The notes beneath the pieces are model-generated. The model had not been told where the DNA came from. It did not search any database and saw only the letters and a program-made list of their open reading frames with translations. A stretch of DNA of 63,557 nucleotides, counting the filler, from Reticulomyxa filosa (lineage: Eukaryota; Protista; Foraminifera), in the NCBI GenBank assembly GCA_000512085.1. It is 14 parts of 14 records of this genome, joined end to end, with 100 filler letters (N's around TTAATTAATTAA, not from the genome) between each part and the next. Parts side by side here need not be neighbours in the genome. Positions count along the whole stretch, not along the records: positions 47,700 to 50,668 come from ASPP01003128.1; positions 50,769 to 53,151 come from ASPP01019183.1; positions 53,252 to 61,846 come from ASPP01007408.1; positions 61,947 to 63,557 come from ASPP01036018.1; 10 more parts are not named here. One strand, 5' to 3'. Below are positions 49,855 through 62,895 of this stretch, in pieces. Numbering within the stretch: the first letter of the stretch is position 1; each line of letters begins with the position of its first letter. Both the position numbers and the translations under genes were made by a program.

Positions 49855-50668
49855 ATGAGTGCGCCCAAGCATATAACTCTGAATACGCTTTTTTTGAGCA
49901 GATTAAGCATTAAATCATATCTTTTTTCCGGCATCTTTTTTGTACTTGTCCTTTTTCTGCTGTTTTCGCGCGTTTTTTCTAATCTTGACTATCCTGGGGC
50001 GTTTCCTGTTGTAAATATACAAAATGGAGAAGCATATTTCAAATTGACGGACGCTGCACAAAAAAAACGGCATCAAAACGAGCCAAATGAGTCCAAAAAT
50101 GCAGGAGCGAATGGGAATCAAAATATTTCTGTAGAATCACTCTTTTGTCCAGTAATTCCTTCCACAAAACAAGTATTTGACGGACATTCTTCAGCAGCAG
50201 CAGCGATGGACAGTAAAAAGAAGTGGTCACGAAAATATGAGAAATTACTGGGAGACCTACAACGTTTGCAATATCCATCCGAGTGTAATCTTTTCGAAAG
50301 TGGCAATAAATATGTAATTTACAAGTTTCAATGTTTTTGGGGTTTGATTTCGCAAATTCGTTCAATGTGGATACCGTCGCTAATGTTGTCGATGTACTTG
50401 AATCGCACCTTGTTGTGGAATGACAGAAAAATATGGGGATGGGCCCCCGAAAAGGTATGCAACACAAGCAATTACAATTGCTATTTCACCCCCATTTCCA
50501 ACTGTACCGAAACCATTCTTTTGTCGTCCATTGAAAATGCAAATCCAAGTGTAAAACGAAAAAATGTCACACGATATGAAGTACTGACGAGTCGACCTAT
50601 CTTTAACAATCGTTATTTATGTGTATTTATATGCGTATATATACATGTACATATATATATATATATAT
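49855..50668 (+). CDS. Type II membrane GT23/FUT8-like (alpha-1,6) fucosyltransferase, 3' partial
   Basis: N-terminal TM segment. LQRLQYPSEC..CFWGLISQI..SMYLNRTLLW..CYFTPISNCT parallels FUT8 LQNPKDC..CGYGCQL..AYGTQRTLIL..FRPVSETC. Confidence 0.65.
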
Positions 50669-50768
50669 NNNNNNNNNNNNNNNNNNNNNNNNNNNNNNNN
50701 NNNNNNNNNNNNTTAATTAATTAANNNNNNNNNNNNNNNNNNNNNNNNNNNNNNNNNNNNNNNNNNNN

Positions 50769-50846
50769 GTTGTTTTTTCACGAAGAAAATCAATCATTTC
50801 TATAAGGTGCCGTTTTAGATGTCAACTTTACTTTCATTCTACTGTA
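50769..50846 (-). repeat. Best-preserved TIR end of the 32680 family (TA|CAGTAGAATG...)
   Basis: The reverse complement reads TA-CAGTAGAATGAAAGTAAAGTTGACATCTAAAACGGCACCTTATAGAAATGATTGATTTTCTTCGTGAAAAAAC. Confidence 0.65.
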
Positions 50847-53251
50847 TGATGAGCATTGCGAAGACAGTGATTCATCTATTGATCTGATATTAAAAAATCC
50901 AGTTCTAAATCAAATCAATTAACTAGGATCTCTTATGAAAATATCAACCAATCAATAATATCACCACATTAATAGAAATCGAATATTATGAAACTGGAAT
51001 TCGTGGTAAAGAAAAGCAGATCATATTTTACGTTATCGAGGCAAAGGCTTTTGAAGCTTGGACATTCCAGATCCATCTATATCACAGTCTTTTTTTTCTC
51101 ACAAATTTAATCCTTGAAAATTTTTTTAATATAATTTTTTAAAATTTGGAACCCAATTGGATGTCATAAAAATGAATTTGATTTTGAGTTGGAAGACGAA
51201 CTTAATTGTTATCTTAATTTAATTTTTAAAATAAAAGAGAGCATTTACAAATTTAAAAAGTTGATATTGTTGCTTTAGATCAAAATCATTTACAATTGTC
51301 AACAACAAAACAAGTTGGATTACTTTGAAGACAAGTTTTACTTCCATATTCTCAATATTTCAAAAATTTCTCTCCTTGACTCCTTTTGTCCTAACCTCTC
51401 GTTCGGATGTGCATTTAATTGTTTTGTTTGATTGATATAGTATTTTTTTATCAAAATACTCAATTATTGCTTGTTTGCTCGACAAATAAAATAATAAAAG
51501 TTCAACTTCTTTTTTTTTAAGTTATTGAATGATTTTTGAAACAAAAAATTATTGGAAAGCCCTTTTGAACATGTGAATATTGGAGGAACACACTCCAAAG
51601 AGCTGTCCTTTGACATTGGTGGCAAAGTAGCTGGGGTACCATTTGCAGTGGAATGGCGTAGATGCATGCCACTGCAGTTGAGGTATGTTATGGACAGCTT
51701 GTTGGATATTCCAAGTCGAAAATTGATCATGTTGAAACTTCATGTTGGTGTGAAGATATGACATATTATCTGTCGTCACTGCAAACCACTTCTTTACTTT
51801 TTTCGGCTGTTCTGTTGTTATACTTTCTTCCTATTTAAACTCGCTCACGTGAAGTATAATCATTATTCGACCTTGTTTCGGTTCTAATAATTTCCATTAA
51901 CTTTGCAAAATTTTACAATCAGTTGTTAATTTGCCGTTTTTAGTCGGTGATCTCCATTGTCAGGCTCCACCTTTTTTTTTTAACTTAATATATGATCCAA
52001 TTAAAAAAAATGTATGTATTATAACATGTGGGAAATTGAAAATAATCCGATCGAAAAACTCCAAGTGATCTTTCTTAGCATGATCTTTATCTTTTCAAGT
52101 AGGTTATGTTGGGTTGACACTGTAAAAGTCAGCTCCAAGTTGGCGGCATCGACTCCATATAAAATGATAGAGTGACTCAAGTTACTGTTACCATGTGCGA
52201 TTTTGATACCATCGTTGACATATCTTTGGAGCGGTAACGTGTAGCGATTAACTCCAGCGACTTCGATTAGCAAATGTGTAGACAAATATATACCAAACTT
52301 CTCGAGAACGAAAAATTGCCATCTCAACAACTAGTATGCGTGTAGGAGACGAAGGATCGTTTTTATCTTGTAAGTACAAATGTTTAAAATAGTTTATTTG
52401 CTCTCGGTAAAGGGACAGCATAAGAAATTGCAAGGTTGGTCATGATTTTGTTTGTTTTGGCAATGTGGAGTGAGAGCCAAAGTACAATGCAAAGATTGAT
52501 GTGCATACTTCGAAACAAACTCATTCCAACTTTGCTTTGAAAAGTGTGCGCATTTGATTTTGAGAAAATTTTAGTATTCATCCGCTGCTGCAGAGTATAA
52601 GCTCGAAACGGATTTTAATGACGTGTCAAAGGATACGTCGTTCGTATGCCACTCATGCAAAACAACAGCGTTTTTTCAAAATTCAAAGTGGATCTGCCTT
52701 TGCAAATAGCATCTAGTTTTTGGACGTGTACAACGGAACACAAATGCAAAGAGTGGTGAAATATTTCTAAAATGGACTTTGTTATCTCATCAAAAGAAAA
52801 AAATCGTTGGGATAGCTCAAAGTCAGTAAAGCGTGTAATTGACGACACAATCCGAACTCTATAAATTGGTATAACAAAATTTAATTTGTTATTGCAAGTA
52901 CTGCCATTTGAGTCAATGTTTGGTGTTGTTTTGGAGTGGCCTTGCTTTTGTTTGGTCTGTATCGTCCATTGATCGTGTTGACGTTTGACGTATAGCAAAA
53001 TCAATTGCAAGGATAGCTGATTTGTCTCTTTTGAGGGCAAAAGCAGGTTGTTGTGGATAATCTTTTTCACAAACTTTTCTGGAGTGGATATTATTATTTT
53101 TTTCATTAATGTCCATTAATTGCTTTTTTTGTCTTGCATCTTTCGTACAACNNNNNNNNNNNNNNNNNNNNNNNNNNNNNNNNNNNNNNNNNNNNTTAAT
53201 TAATTAANNNNNNNNNNNNNNNNNNNNNNNNNNNNNNNNNNNNNNNNNNNN

Positions 53252-53820
53252 TCCTCCTCTTTTCTGCTTCAATTAATTTTTGTTTCAAAATAGATTAAAA
53301 AACAAAAAACAGCAATAATAATAATTTTGTTAAACATTTTTTTTTTTGGGTTGTTGAAAGTGAATAATGCTCAGAGAGATAGAGAGGAAGAGATTAAATA
53401 GGATATAAAGGTCGTGATGCATTGTTTCATACTTTCGGTTTTAGTGGCCAAGTAAACAAGTGATATTGAACACGCTTTCATAGTGATCCCTCTTTCTTGT
53501 TCGTCTGGACTATTTTTTTTTGCAAGGCAAAGCAAATTCATGTTGAGATTACATTACATCAACAGCTTCTTTTGCTTTCAACAAAAAAGTCAGGCAATAG
53601 AATGCCAAACTCACAACTATTCAAACAGATTAATAACTAACCGGCTGTCCATGTAACGCAGCTTTCCTGCTAATTTTGATGATATAATCCCGTTCCATGA
53701 AATCAAATGGTCCGACAACGTCGTTTTTCCATGATCCACGTGGGCCAAAATACACACATTACGGATATTTGCTGTTTCAGATTGTAAGCTTATTATCTCT
53801 TTCAACGTTATTTGTGGCAT
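53252..53820 (-). CDS. EFL1: Elongation factor-like GTPase EFL1/Ria1, N-terminal part (3' partial)
   Basis: [43 protein letters not shown] | [17 protein letters not shown]. The NGIIS..LAG.LRYMDSR segment is EFL1-type rather than EF-2. Confidence 0.9.
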
Positions 53821-54415
53821 TTTTATATTATTCTCGGCAATAATTCTCAAAATAAAACAAAAATAATATTTGTCAAGTTTTTTTTAAACAAAAAAGGTGG
53901 TTTCTTCCTTTATGTGTCCAAACGAAGATTTACTGTTAAATTGAATCAATACATTGTGCTCTGATAGTGTTGCAGATGAAAACTCTTTCTGTAATTCCTT
54001 GTTTTGAGAAGGAGCTATGAGATCGTCAATAAAATACAAACAACTTTTTCCCTCATCCTCTGATAAGTTGGTTCATTGTTTACATGAAACTGAGGTCCCA
54101 TAAATTTGGAGGGCGTTTAACAAGCTTTTTCGTCGTTTAACAGATAGTTGTACTGTCATCTTACGTGTTTTTTTATTCCTAAAATTTATTTAAAATTATC
54201 GGAGAATTACTCATAATGAACGATAATTAGTTATTCACATCTTTTATTAACAAAATGACGAAACCTTAATATTTACGAATTAATTGCTACATTTATTCTT
54301 TCATTAAGTAATTTATTGCATTGTGAGTCTATTAAATTGTTTTGAAAAAACTAACTAGTACTTAATCGTTCAGTTTAAAGTTAAACTTTTTAAGGGAAAG
54401 AAAAATAGTATCAAC

Positions 54416-55087
54416 ATGACAATGATGGCTCGTCGTGTACGAAAGGAATTGAAAGATTTTATTGAAAAAGGTCCAACAATTCCAGAATATCAATTCAGCT
54501 TTGCTCTAGTAGAGGAAGATAACGTAACACTACTGAAAGCAATTTTATTAGGTCCAATTAACACTCCATATGAAAATGGGATATTTGAATGTATGATAAC
54601 ATTGCCTACTACCTATCCATTTTCATGTCCAAAGCTAGATTGGAAAACTCCAATTCATCATATTAATTTTGAATCTTCTGGTCAATCATATCATATTTGC
54701 TTTGATTGGGGTTGTTCTTGTAAAATGGATCAATGGAGCCCAGCAAAAACGATAGACAAGCTTCTTTGCACAATATATTCATTGTTTTACTTTCCTTGTG
54801 CCCCTAATCGTTATGGAAAAATTAAATATTCAAACAACACACGATTAAAATACAACTATTTGGCAGCACAAGAAACATTTGAAAAAGCAAATTCAAAAGA
54901 TAGAGGTGCTCAAATAGTTGAAAAATATGAAACTTATTGTAAACAATTTGAAACTTTTGACAAATATTTGATATATTGCAAAGAGTTAATAGAGCATTCC
55001 TTTCAAATCTTTGAACCAAAACAGTTAGTTGACAACGGAATACTTGTTTTAATTATTGAATATGTTGATATTTTTGATGTTGTGTGA
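54416..55087 (+). CDS. Ubiquitin-conjugating enzyme E2 (UBE2D/E-like, divergent) with C-terminal extension
   Basis: ARRVRKELKD, ILLGPINTPYENGIF, PTTYPFSCPK, TPIHHINF..HICFD (catalytic Cys), QWSPAKTIDKLL. Confidence 0.88.
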   Translation: MTMMARRVRKELKDFIEKGPTIPEYQFSFALVEEDNVTLLKAILLGPINTPYENGIFECMITLPTTYPFSCPKLDWKTPIHHINFESSGQSYHICFDWGCSCKMDQWSPAKTIDKLLCTIYSLFYFPCAPNRYGKIKYSNNTRLKYNYLAAQETFEKANSKDRGAQIVEKYETYCKQFETFDKYLIYCKELIEHSFQIFEPKQLVDNGILVLIIEYVDIFDVV

Positions 55088-55919
55088 TTCTGTTGATTCA
55101 GTTTTTCTTTTATCATCAATGTATCAAAATAAAATGTGATCGTCAGTCTTCATTTTAAAATAACATACTGATTAACTTCATCTTTAAAAACTCACAACAG
55201 TATTAACCAAACATTTTTTTAAAAAAAGCTTGTGAACTTTTTGTGCGTGTGACCCGAACGAGAAACTCTTGTTTTAGAAAAGCCTTTTTCACTTTTTGTT
55301 GCTTCCATACACCAAAAGGAAAATGGATTGCATCATCTTTTTTTTTTTGGTAAGAATTCTTTTCTTTTGAATTAGTTCGTCACGCGACTATTCGTTGGTG
55401 AAAAAATACTTTTGTTGCGCCTGAAAATTAAAAAGTTAATCTATTTTTTTTTATATATTTATTTATAATGATGTAAAATTTACACTTTGACACGACATGA
55501 TAACTTCATGCTGCCACTGATTTTTAAAAAATATACTTTTTCCAATTGTTTTATTTTTTTCACTTGTTTAAGATTTTAAATACTTCATTTGAACTGAAAT
55601 ATAGGTAGTGCTGGTCTCCATTTATGACAGATTGGAAAAAGAAAGTGTAACATTATTCAATAAGCAATCCCCATTACATCAATAAAAAAAAAATGTTCAT
55701 TGGGGTAACCCAAATAGATATGCGCAGTACCTTTTACTTGAAAGCAAGTAATTTGGCCAGTTTTTCGATTATCAACTTGGTTCCTCTGCCAATAGATAGG
55801 CAGTCGTTCATCTTATCGGACAATGCCAAATGTGAAGCACTAAAATCATTTTCTGCTCAATCTGTCAATGTGAGCAGCTTGAACAATGTAATCGGAAACC
55901 AGACGGAGGGACGACTCTA

Positions 55920-56261
55920 TCATCCTTCGGATGGACTTAGATTTGCAGAGAAACGGGCCAATGGTTTTGTAGGCCCATGTTCAAACGAAGCATTAAGTGA
56001 GATACACAATTGTAGCGATAAGGACGCTTCGTTCCACAGTTCTCTCCCAAAACTTATGCCTTTCATTTCATGCCAATTTTTTTTTTGTGGTCTGACTCTT
56101 TCACACTCGATTTTTTGTCGTTTGTAGAGAATATATTCTTCTTGCTCCCTTAATTTTGCAATCATGTACTCACTTGCAAATTGTTCAATTCCTGTCTCTC
56201 TAATTATTGGTCTTTTTGCCTCATGTAAATGATCACGAAAGGGTTGGTCCCACCAGTTCAT
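55920..56261 (-). CDS. Hypothetical protein (probably an exon of a spliced gene)
   Basis: 113-aa protein-like ORF (ERVRPQKKNWHEMKG..F.REL); no confident family. Confidence 0.4.
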   Translation of the reverse strand: MNWWDQPFRDHLHEAKRPIIRETGIEQFASEYMIAKLREQEEYILYKRQKIECERVRPQKKNWHEMKGISFGRELWNEASLSLQLCISLNASFEHGPTKPLARFSANLSPSEG

Positions 56262-56845
56262 TGCTCTATGTAACCGAAAAATTTAAACAATTACTGTTAA
56301 CTATTAAGTTAAAAAAACAAAACCAGTGAATCATTTTTAAAATACTTACTGATTAATTTCTTTTTGGACTTATCATTTATTGTTTATTGCTTTCCCAAAA
56401 TCTGAATGGGTGGTTTGTAACAACTCGGTATGCTATATACTAAATTTGGATCATATCTTTTTTATATTTAAAAGCTTTCCAGCACTTCCACGTAAGACAA
56501 AAAGTAACTTTCTAAGCAAAAGTGTTATTTAATTGCATAAATGCTACATTCACGTTTTCAATTTATTCGTTATGAATACGACAATGATAGATAACATCAC
56601 AAATTTCAAAATAAAAAGATTGCCTTTATTCAAGTGGTTTTTGTTTCAATAGATTTTTTCCAACACATAGGAATACCTATTTTAGCAATGCTTTCAGCCA
56701 TTCCTTTAATGTATCAAACAAAAGAGTACAAAAAAACTAAACCAAGAAAAGTGGAAAACTTTAGACTTTAAACAGCTTGAATTTTTTTTTTCAAAAAAGA
56801 TCCTTGAATTTCACAGAGTAAGAATTTTTTAAAAAAGGAAGAAAG

Positions 56846-57514
56846 ATGTCGTTAGATAATCGTCGTTTGGGTAGCAAAGGTGATACAGCATTTGCAAATA
56901 TGGACAAAATAAGTTGTGAATTGTTTGTGATGACGTACGGTGCTTTGGTAACCCAGTTGATAAAAGATTTGAAGGATATTGACGAGGTGAACTCAAAATT
57001 GGAGGAGATGGGTTACAGTATCGGGTGTCGATTAATCGACGAATTTCTGAGCAAATCGCAAACCCGAAACTGTAAGAATTTTCACACAACATGTGAGATG
57101 ATAGCGAAAGTGGGTTTGAAAATGTTTTTAGGAGTGGAGGGGAATATCCGAAAAAGCACCCCAACAAACAATGTAGCAAATACTTCATCTTTTTCCACAT
57201 CTATGACCACCAGTGTGTCCACATCCAATTTGGGGACCGCCACACCCAGTAGTACAAGTGATGACATTAGCAATTGTTACATTTTAGAAATCCCAAACAA
57301 TCCGTTGAATGACTTTGTCGAACTGCCCTCGCAGTTTAAAAACAAACTCATTTACAGTAACATTTTGTGTGGGGTTATTCGCGGGGCGCTCGAAATGGTA
57401 CAACTCAAGGTTAACTGCAAATTTACCACTTGCAAACTCAAGGATGATGATTGCGACAGAATACAAATTGAATTGGAGGAAATCTTGGAAGATGTCTTTG
57501 AAGATGATGATTAA
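56846..57514 (+). CDS. BET3: TRAPP complex subunit BET3/TRAPPC3
   Basis: ELFVMTYGALVTQL..VNSKLEEMGYSIGCRLIDEFLSK..C.NF..IAKVGLKMFLG; NPLNDFVELP..LIYSNILCGVIRGALEMVQL. Confidence 0.96.
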   Translation: MSLDNRRLGSKGDTAFANMDKISCELFVMTYGALVTQLIKDLKDIDEVNSKLEEMGYSIGCRLIDEFLSKSQTRNCKNFHTTCEMIAKVGLKMFLGVEGNIRKSTPTNNVANTSSFSTSMTTSVSTSNLGTATPSSTSDDISNCYILEIPNNPLNDFVELPSQFKNKLIYSNILCGVIRGALEMVQLKVNCKFTTCKLKDDDCDRIQIELEEILEDVFEDDD

Positions 57515-58547
57515 AACAATATATCCATCGTCCTTGATATTGTGTCCATTCTTTTTTTTTTGAAAATGCAAAATAAAATAAAAAATAAAAAAAGGGAAGC
57601 CACAAAATTTCATATGAATTTTGTTGTTGCAATATTTCCATTATCAGCGTTACAAAAACCTTTCCTCCCCTCTTCTCACTTCCCCTAATAAAATACTTTT
57701 TTTGGGAAGAGGGGAGGCACACTTGTGAACTTTCATATATAAATTTTCTTTTTTAGATAAATTAAATACGTCACAACAGCTTTATTCTCAAAGAAAAATA
57801 CTGCAGCTTAAATATCTGAAAAAGTTTACACTGTGAAGGGGATACGACACTAGAACATGTATTTTGTTCGTGCTGTTCTAACGTTTGAGATTATCACTTT
57901 TTTGTAATGCTCATTTTTGTAAAGCTACTGGACACTACCAGAATGTTTCATTCTTCCATTATAATTTTTCCTGTTCGTATATTTTTATAATATAAAAAAA
58001 AGTTGGAGATATTTTTCAAAATGGATCGAAGTATACACTTTGTCGAACTAGTAAGCGAGAAAGAGGAACTACTTATTTAGTGAAAATTTAAAATATTTCT
58101 TCTCTTTGTGATCTATCTTTCAAATTCAGCGCTTTCACAAAAATATATTGGCCTACTCAATGTTTTATAGATCTTTCTCGAAGAAACGACAATCGCTTCC
58201 ACATGCATTAGAGAAGAGAAATTTTTAAAATTTTATTGGTCATTTTCAATTGTGGTTTTCGTAACCAAAATAAAATAACAAACAAATAATTGTAAAAAAA
58301 AGCAAATATCAGATTTAGTTGATGAAATAGGCAATATCAACAAAGATAACTTTGGAAAATAAAGGCAAGCATAATCTTGAATAGTTTAAAGAAAGCACAA
58401 TTCGACAACAAACAAAAGGACTGATTGTAAACAATGAAAGAGAGTATTGTTTAGTAAATGTGAACGGAATACATGTTTTAAAAATTTAGTGTTACGGTTT
58501 TTTATTTCAATACTCGTGTTCGAAATAGTAAGATAGTTAGTAAAATG

Positions 58548-59796
58548 CTAATTTTTTCCCCCATCATGTCTCTTGTTCATAGTCCAGATAAAGGCTCCCA
58601 TGACAAACGACACAACCAACAAAAACAACAACAACAAGCAGCGATTTCTTCTGGCAGTGACCGCATAAGCAGCAGCCTTGTTAAGATGTTTCATGCCTTC
58701 CATAGCATTATCTTTGATATTGAGAACACTGTATGACAGCTTCTCAACCTCGGGCTGCTGAGAATCTACTAAAAAGTCCATTTCCTCGAACATGCCTTTC
58801 ATTTCGGCTAACTCTTCTTTGATGTAATTCATTTTTTCTGTGTGTTCTTCCAACAGTTTACTATCGTCATGAATCGTCATATCCATGTCCGTGTGCAACT
58901 GTTGTTGCAAGCCTTTCACGGATGAAGACACATTGGGATTTACACTACATTGCAATGCATTCATTCATTCAATTTTGTTGTTGTATTTTTTTTGCGTCCA
59001 ATTCCATTGTAATTCATCATTCCCACCCCCCCTTTCTTTTTTCAATTACACAAATACATATAACAAAACAGACAAATATAATCCACTCACTTGGTGAGCA
59101 ATGGTATCGATTCTGAATCTGCTTCCAGTGGTCGATAACTTTGTTTTTTATTTATTTATTCGTTTATTGTTTGTGGCTGACTTTAATAAGCATTATACAT
59201 ACATACATACATATACATGTATATGTATATAATGTATTGCCTGACAAAAAAATAAAAGTACAAACAATTTAAAAAATAAAAAAAAGGAGGGGTATATGGT
59301 GTCCAAGTAACTCGTATGGTTTCGTATTCGCAAATTTATATGTTGCTGTTTGCAATAATGCGCGAAATTGTTTCACGTAGTGTCCGAGTTCATTTTCAAC
59401 TTCCTTTTTTTTTTTTTTTTTTGTAAAAAATGCAAAAATAAACAATTCAATTTTGAATTTTGTCTGTTCCCTCTTTTTTCGAACATTCCTAAAAATCATT
59501 ATTAACTGGTCTCGCATTATGCATATTGGAAACCGCTGCTGTGGCTTGTTCCAATTTACTTTTTACATCGGATCTCAACGCTAAACTATTTTTTTTTTCA
59601 ATTTCTTTTTTTTACAAGTTTGGTCGCAAAAAAAAAAAAGTTCACACGAGACAATTTTTTTCGTTCTTCTGACGTATCATATGATCCACCAACGGAATTC
59701 ACTATTTTTTTCATCAATGCCAAACTTTCTCCAATTTCACGTAACGTTGGAATCACTTCCCAGGACTCGACATCACTTTAATTTTTGTCGTGGCAT
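58548..59796 (-). CDS. Syntaxin (Stx7/SYP2-like Qa-SNARE), multi-exon
   Basis: N-terminal VGGSYDTSEERKKL (cf. LGT..DT.ELR.KL). SNARE heptads IKEELAEMKGMFEEMDFLVDSQQPEVEKL..GMKHLNKAAAY, then a C-terminal TM segment. Probable 1-nt indel near the start. Confidence 0.8.
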
Positions 59797-60560
59797 AGAA
59801 TAAGTTTTTTTTTGTTTGCATGATATAACCTTGCCCAAGGAAATCGAAAATGACTTTTTTGAGGGGGAAGGCACGTTTAACAACTACAGAGAAATTTACG
59901 TATATATTAAGCAAACTATGAAGTCAAATAATTATCTTGCTGAGCCATTTTGATTCCTTTTTAGAATACACAGGTTTGGAACGGATGTCAGCCCAGTTAG
60001 ACCTTCAAAGGGACATCATTTAAACAAAGAATATTTCTTAAGGTTTATTTTTTAACAAACTTGTCTTAGAAAACAAGGTTTGAAGCAATATTAGAACAAA
60101 ATAAAATAATGTTTGCCTCTTTTGTAAAAATTGAAATCCTTTATTGTATCGGTTATATTTTATGTATGTATGCAATTTATTTAATAAGCACCGAAATAAA
60201 ATAATCGTTGCTTGATAACAAATATATTTTTAAAGACATTTTAATTCAAAACTGAGTTAATGCAAAGAAAGAAAGATTTATGCTGCAGCCCTTTGGAAAG
60301 CATCGAAAGACATTCGAATTATGTGATAATGTAAAATATTTCAGCGATCAAGCTGTTGTATCTTATTCAAATGATGACATAATTTTTAGTGTGAGCCCAA
60401 ACTGTCAGTCTAAATAAAGGAATTACTATCTATTTTTAGAAAATAAATATGTGTTCATCCTTTGATACAAGAGCGTAAGTTTAGTTTCAACACAGAAAAT
60501 ATTAAATTGCTTTATCCTGTTATAAAGCCTACATAATTTTTTAAGCTGGATATAAGCAGC

Positions 60561-61740
60561 GTGAAAGTAGAAAAGACAACGGACATGCACAATGCAAGCC
60601 CTTTCCAAGCATTAGCTCCTCCACCAGTTCCACTTCGATATGCTCAATGTATAGCGCACAAGTACGAAATTCTTATTTGTGGCAGTTGTAACAATTCAGA
60701 ATGTTATTCCTATGATACTATCAAAAAGCAGTACAAATACATTTGTTCTTATCCAGAGGAGATTGCATTAGACAGACATTGTGTGGTGAAGTATGTGGAA
60801 GAAAACGACAAAAAAAATGAGATCACATTATTATCTTTCGGTGGTCAAGGTATGGAAAGAGCGAAGCACACACTGGTGATGAAATATATAAGTGTTTGGG
60901 ATGATGAAAGCGTTAAAGCACACAGCAATGAATGGCATCCTTTGGTCGATAATACCAATAAAGTGGTTACCATTGGCAGAAAGGTAGATAATTATAAAGG
61001 TGCACTTGCAACAATTGGGGGAAGCAATAACAATGTATTGTTTATCACTTATTATCCAAGGAATATTAGTATATTTGATTTGACCACATTTGAATATATC
61101 AAACACGATATTGTGCCAATTGAAAATTGGCTAGTTTTTTATTGCTTTGTATCAAAGAAGAAAAATGAGTTATCAGGGACGAATGCAACAAACAAAAAGA
61201 TGAGCGAAATGATGTTATTTTGTCAAAATGCAGGGCTGTCAATTGAATATGATGATGAAGACAGCAACAAGTGCGAATATGCACCACAATTAGATCTCTT
61301 GATTCTTATGCATGCGTTTGTATCGATGATTTTATCCTGTTTTTTGGGGGCAAAGATCGCCATTGGATTGACATTGCAAAAGAGGTACACAAGTATTCAA
61401 TGACCGAAAATACATGGATGCAATATGAACAAACTTTACCAATTTCATTGCCTGATTGTGTGGCTGTATTAATTGAAGATACCATGTCTGTGCATATTCT
61501 TGGGGTAATGCTATCAAACAAAAAGTGGACGTGAAGATGGAGATAATGACAATGATGAGGATGAAAATGAAGATGAAGAGTTGAAGGATGTTGTGTCAAT
61601 ACATATATGCACAGACGTAAATGAGTGGAGAAAAGGAGAGCAGCGAGGCGTTGTCGATGATACAGAACTAATCAAAATTGAGGAAATAAAAATACAATTG
61701 GCAGCAATGGGACAAGATTTGGATATCAACAAATTAAGAG
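60561..61740 (+). pseudogene. Kelch-like beta-propeller family member with frameshifts
   Basis: PFQAL..PVPL..AQC..HKYEILICG..CYSY..YKYICSYP..HCVVK..ITLLSFGG..HTLVMKYISVW..IGGSNNNVLFITY. The frame changes at ~61270 (continuing YACVCIDDFILFFGG) and again at ~61505-61535. Confidence 0.7.
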
Positions 61741-61804
61741 TCGAGTTTGTGTATCTTCTTTTCTTTGTTAAGTATTGTTTCTGAAAGGATGTTATGTAGC
61801 ACAT

Positions 61805-61846
<42 letters not shown>

Positions 61847-61946
61847 NNNNNNNNNNNNNNNNNNNNNNNNNNNNNNNNNNNNNNNNNNNNTTAATTAATT
61901 AANNNNNNNNNNNNNNNNNNNNNNNNNNNNNNNNNNNNNNNNNNNN

Positions 61947-62895
61947 GTGTATACCAATGAATAGGAATTGCACCGTATAATGGCAAAATGATAGCCGAAG
62001 CTAAAAATGTATACCAATGAGCAGGAATTGCATTACATAATAGCAAAATGATAGCTAAAACTAAAAATATCAAATAGATGTTGCAATTATTTTGATACAC
62101 TTTGAATAAGTTGTCGTTATTGTTTTTGCTTTGTTCAATTTCTGATTTTAATGTTTGATTTTCAACTTGCAATTTTGCCAACTCTTCCTATTTTTATGAC
62201 ACATATATATATATATTCGTTTATTATTATTTTGTAAACCTAAGAAACAAGAGATAACAAACTTGAGAATGTTGGATTTTTTGTTGTAATGATTCGACAT
62301 GCTTGACAACCAAATCGAAATGACGTTTCTTCTGTAAAACCAAATGTTCCTCCAACTCTTTCTTCAAACATGAATAATCACATCCAAAAGATTGAAACCA
62401 ACATGCAAGCGGTTTCAATGGACAGGACTTATTTAAGTGATCATTTACTTCTTTTATATTCCCTTTGAAATTACATCTTGGTCTTATTAATGTTTTTCCT
62501 TCTTCCCTACTTTCTGATATCTTCAAATCTTGTTGGAATTGATGTGGACATATCACAGTTAAATTGTTGATTTGTCGCTGCAACAATTTTACGTTATGAT
62601 ACTCACAACTACTGTGTGAATCGATTGGACAAGTGTTGCCATTATTATCGAGAAATTGCTGCAAACAATGCTTTCCAACGATCGTTGATTCATCCATATT
62701 TTCATGTTCAGGACAGGCAATTTCAAGCGGATGATTTGCAATTTGTTTGCAAATTAAACAAATTAAATGGTTAATTTGTTTTTCTTCATTTAATTGAACT
62801 ATCCAGTCCTTATTAAAACACGACTGGGCAAAGGAAACTGGAACCACTCCGGTTTTCATTTTTTCTTTTTTTTTTTTGTTCTCTTCTGCGTTCAT
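61947..62895 (-). CDS. RING-like/TRAF-type zinc-finger plus coiled-coil protein (3' partial)
   Basis: SCFNKDWI..LICLICKQIANHPLEIACPEH..CLQQFL..CPIDSH..LTVICP..CNFKG..DHLNKSCPL..CWFQSFGC..C..L.EH, then an intron and a coiled-coil exon ~62090-62186. Confidence 0.8.
61948..62069. repeat. 60-bp degenerate tandem repeat (2 units visible, cut by the contig edge)
   Basis: TGTATACCAATGAATAGGAATTGCACCGTATAATGGCAAAATGATAGCCGAAGCTAAAAA followed by TGTATACCAATGAGCAGGAATTGCATTACATAATAGCAAAATGATAGCTAAAACTAAAAA. Confidence 0.8.

Noticed and set aside
50850-53151. Broken protein-like ORFs on both strands
   Set aside because: Probably decayed genes or elements, but I can assign no motif with confidence.
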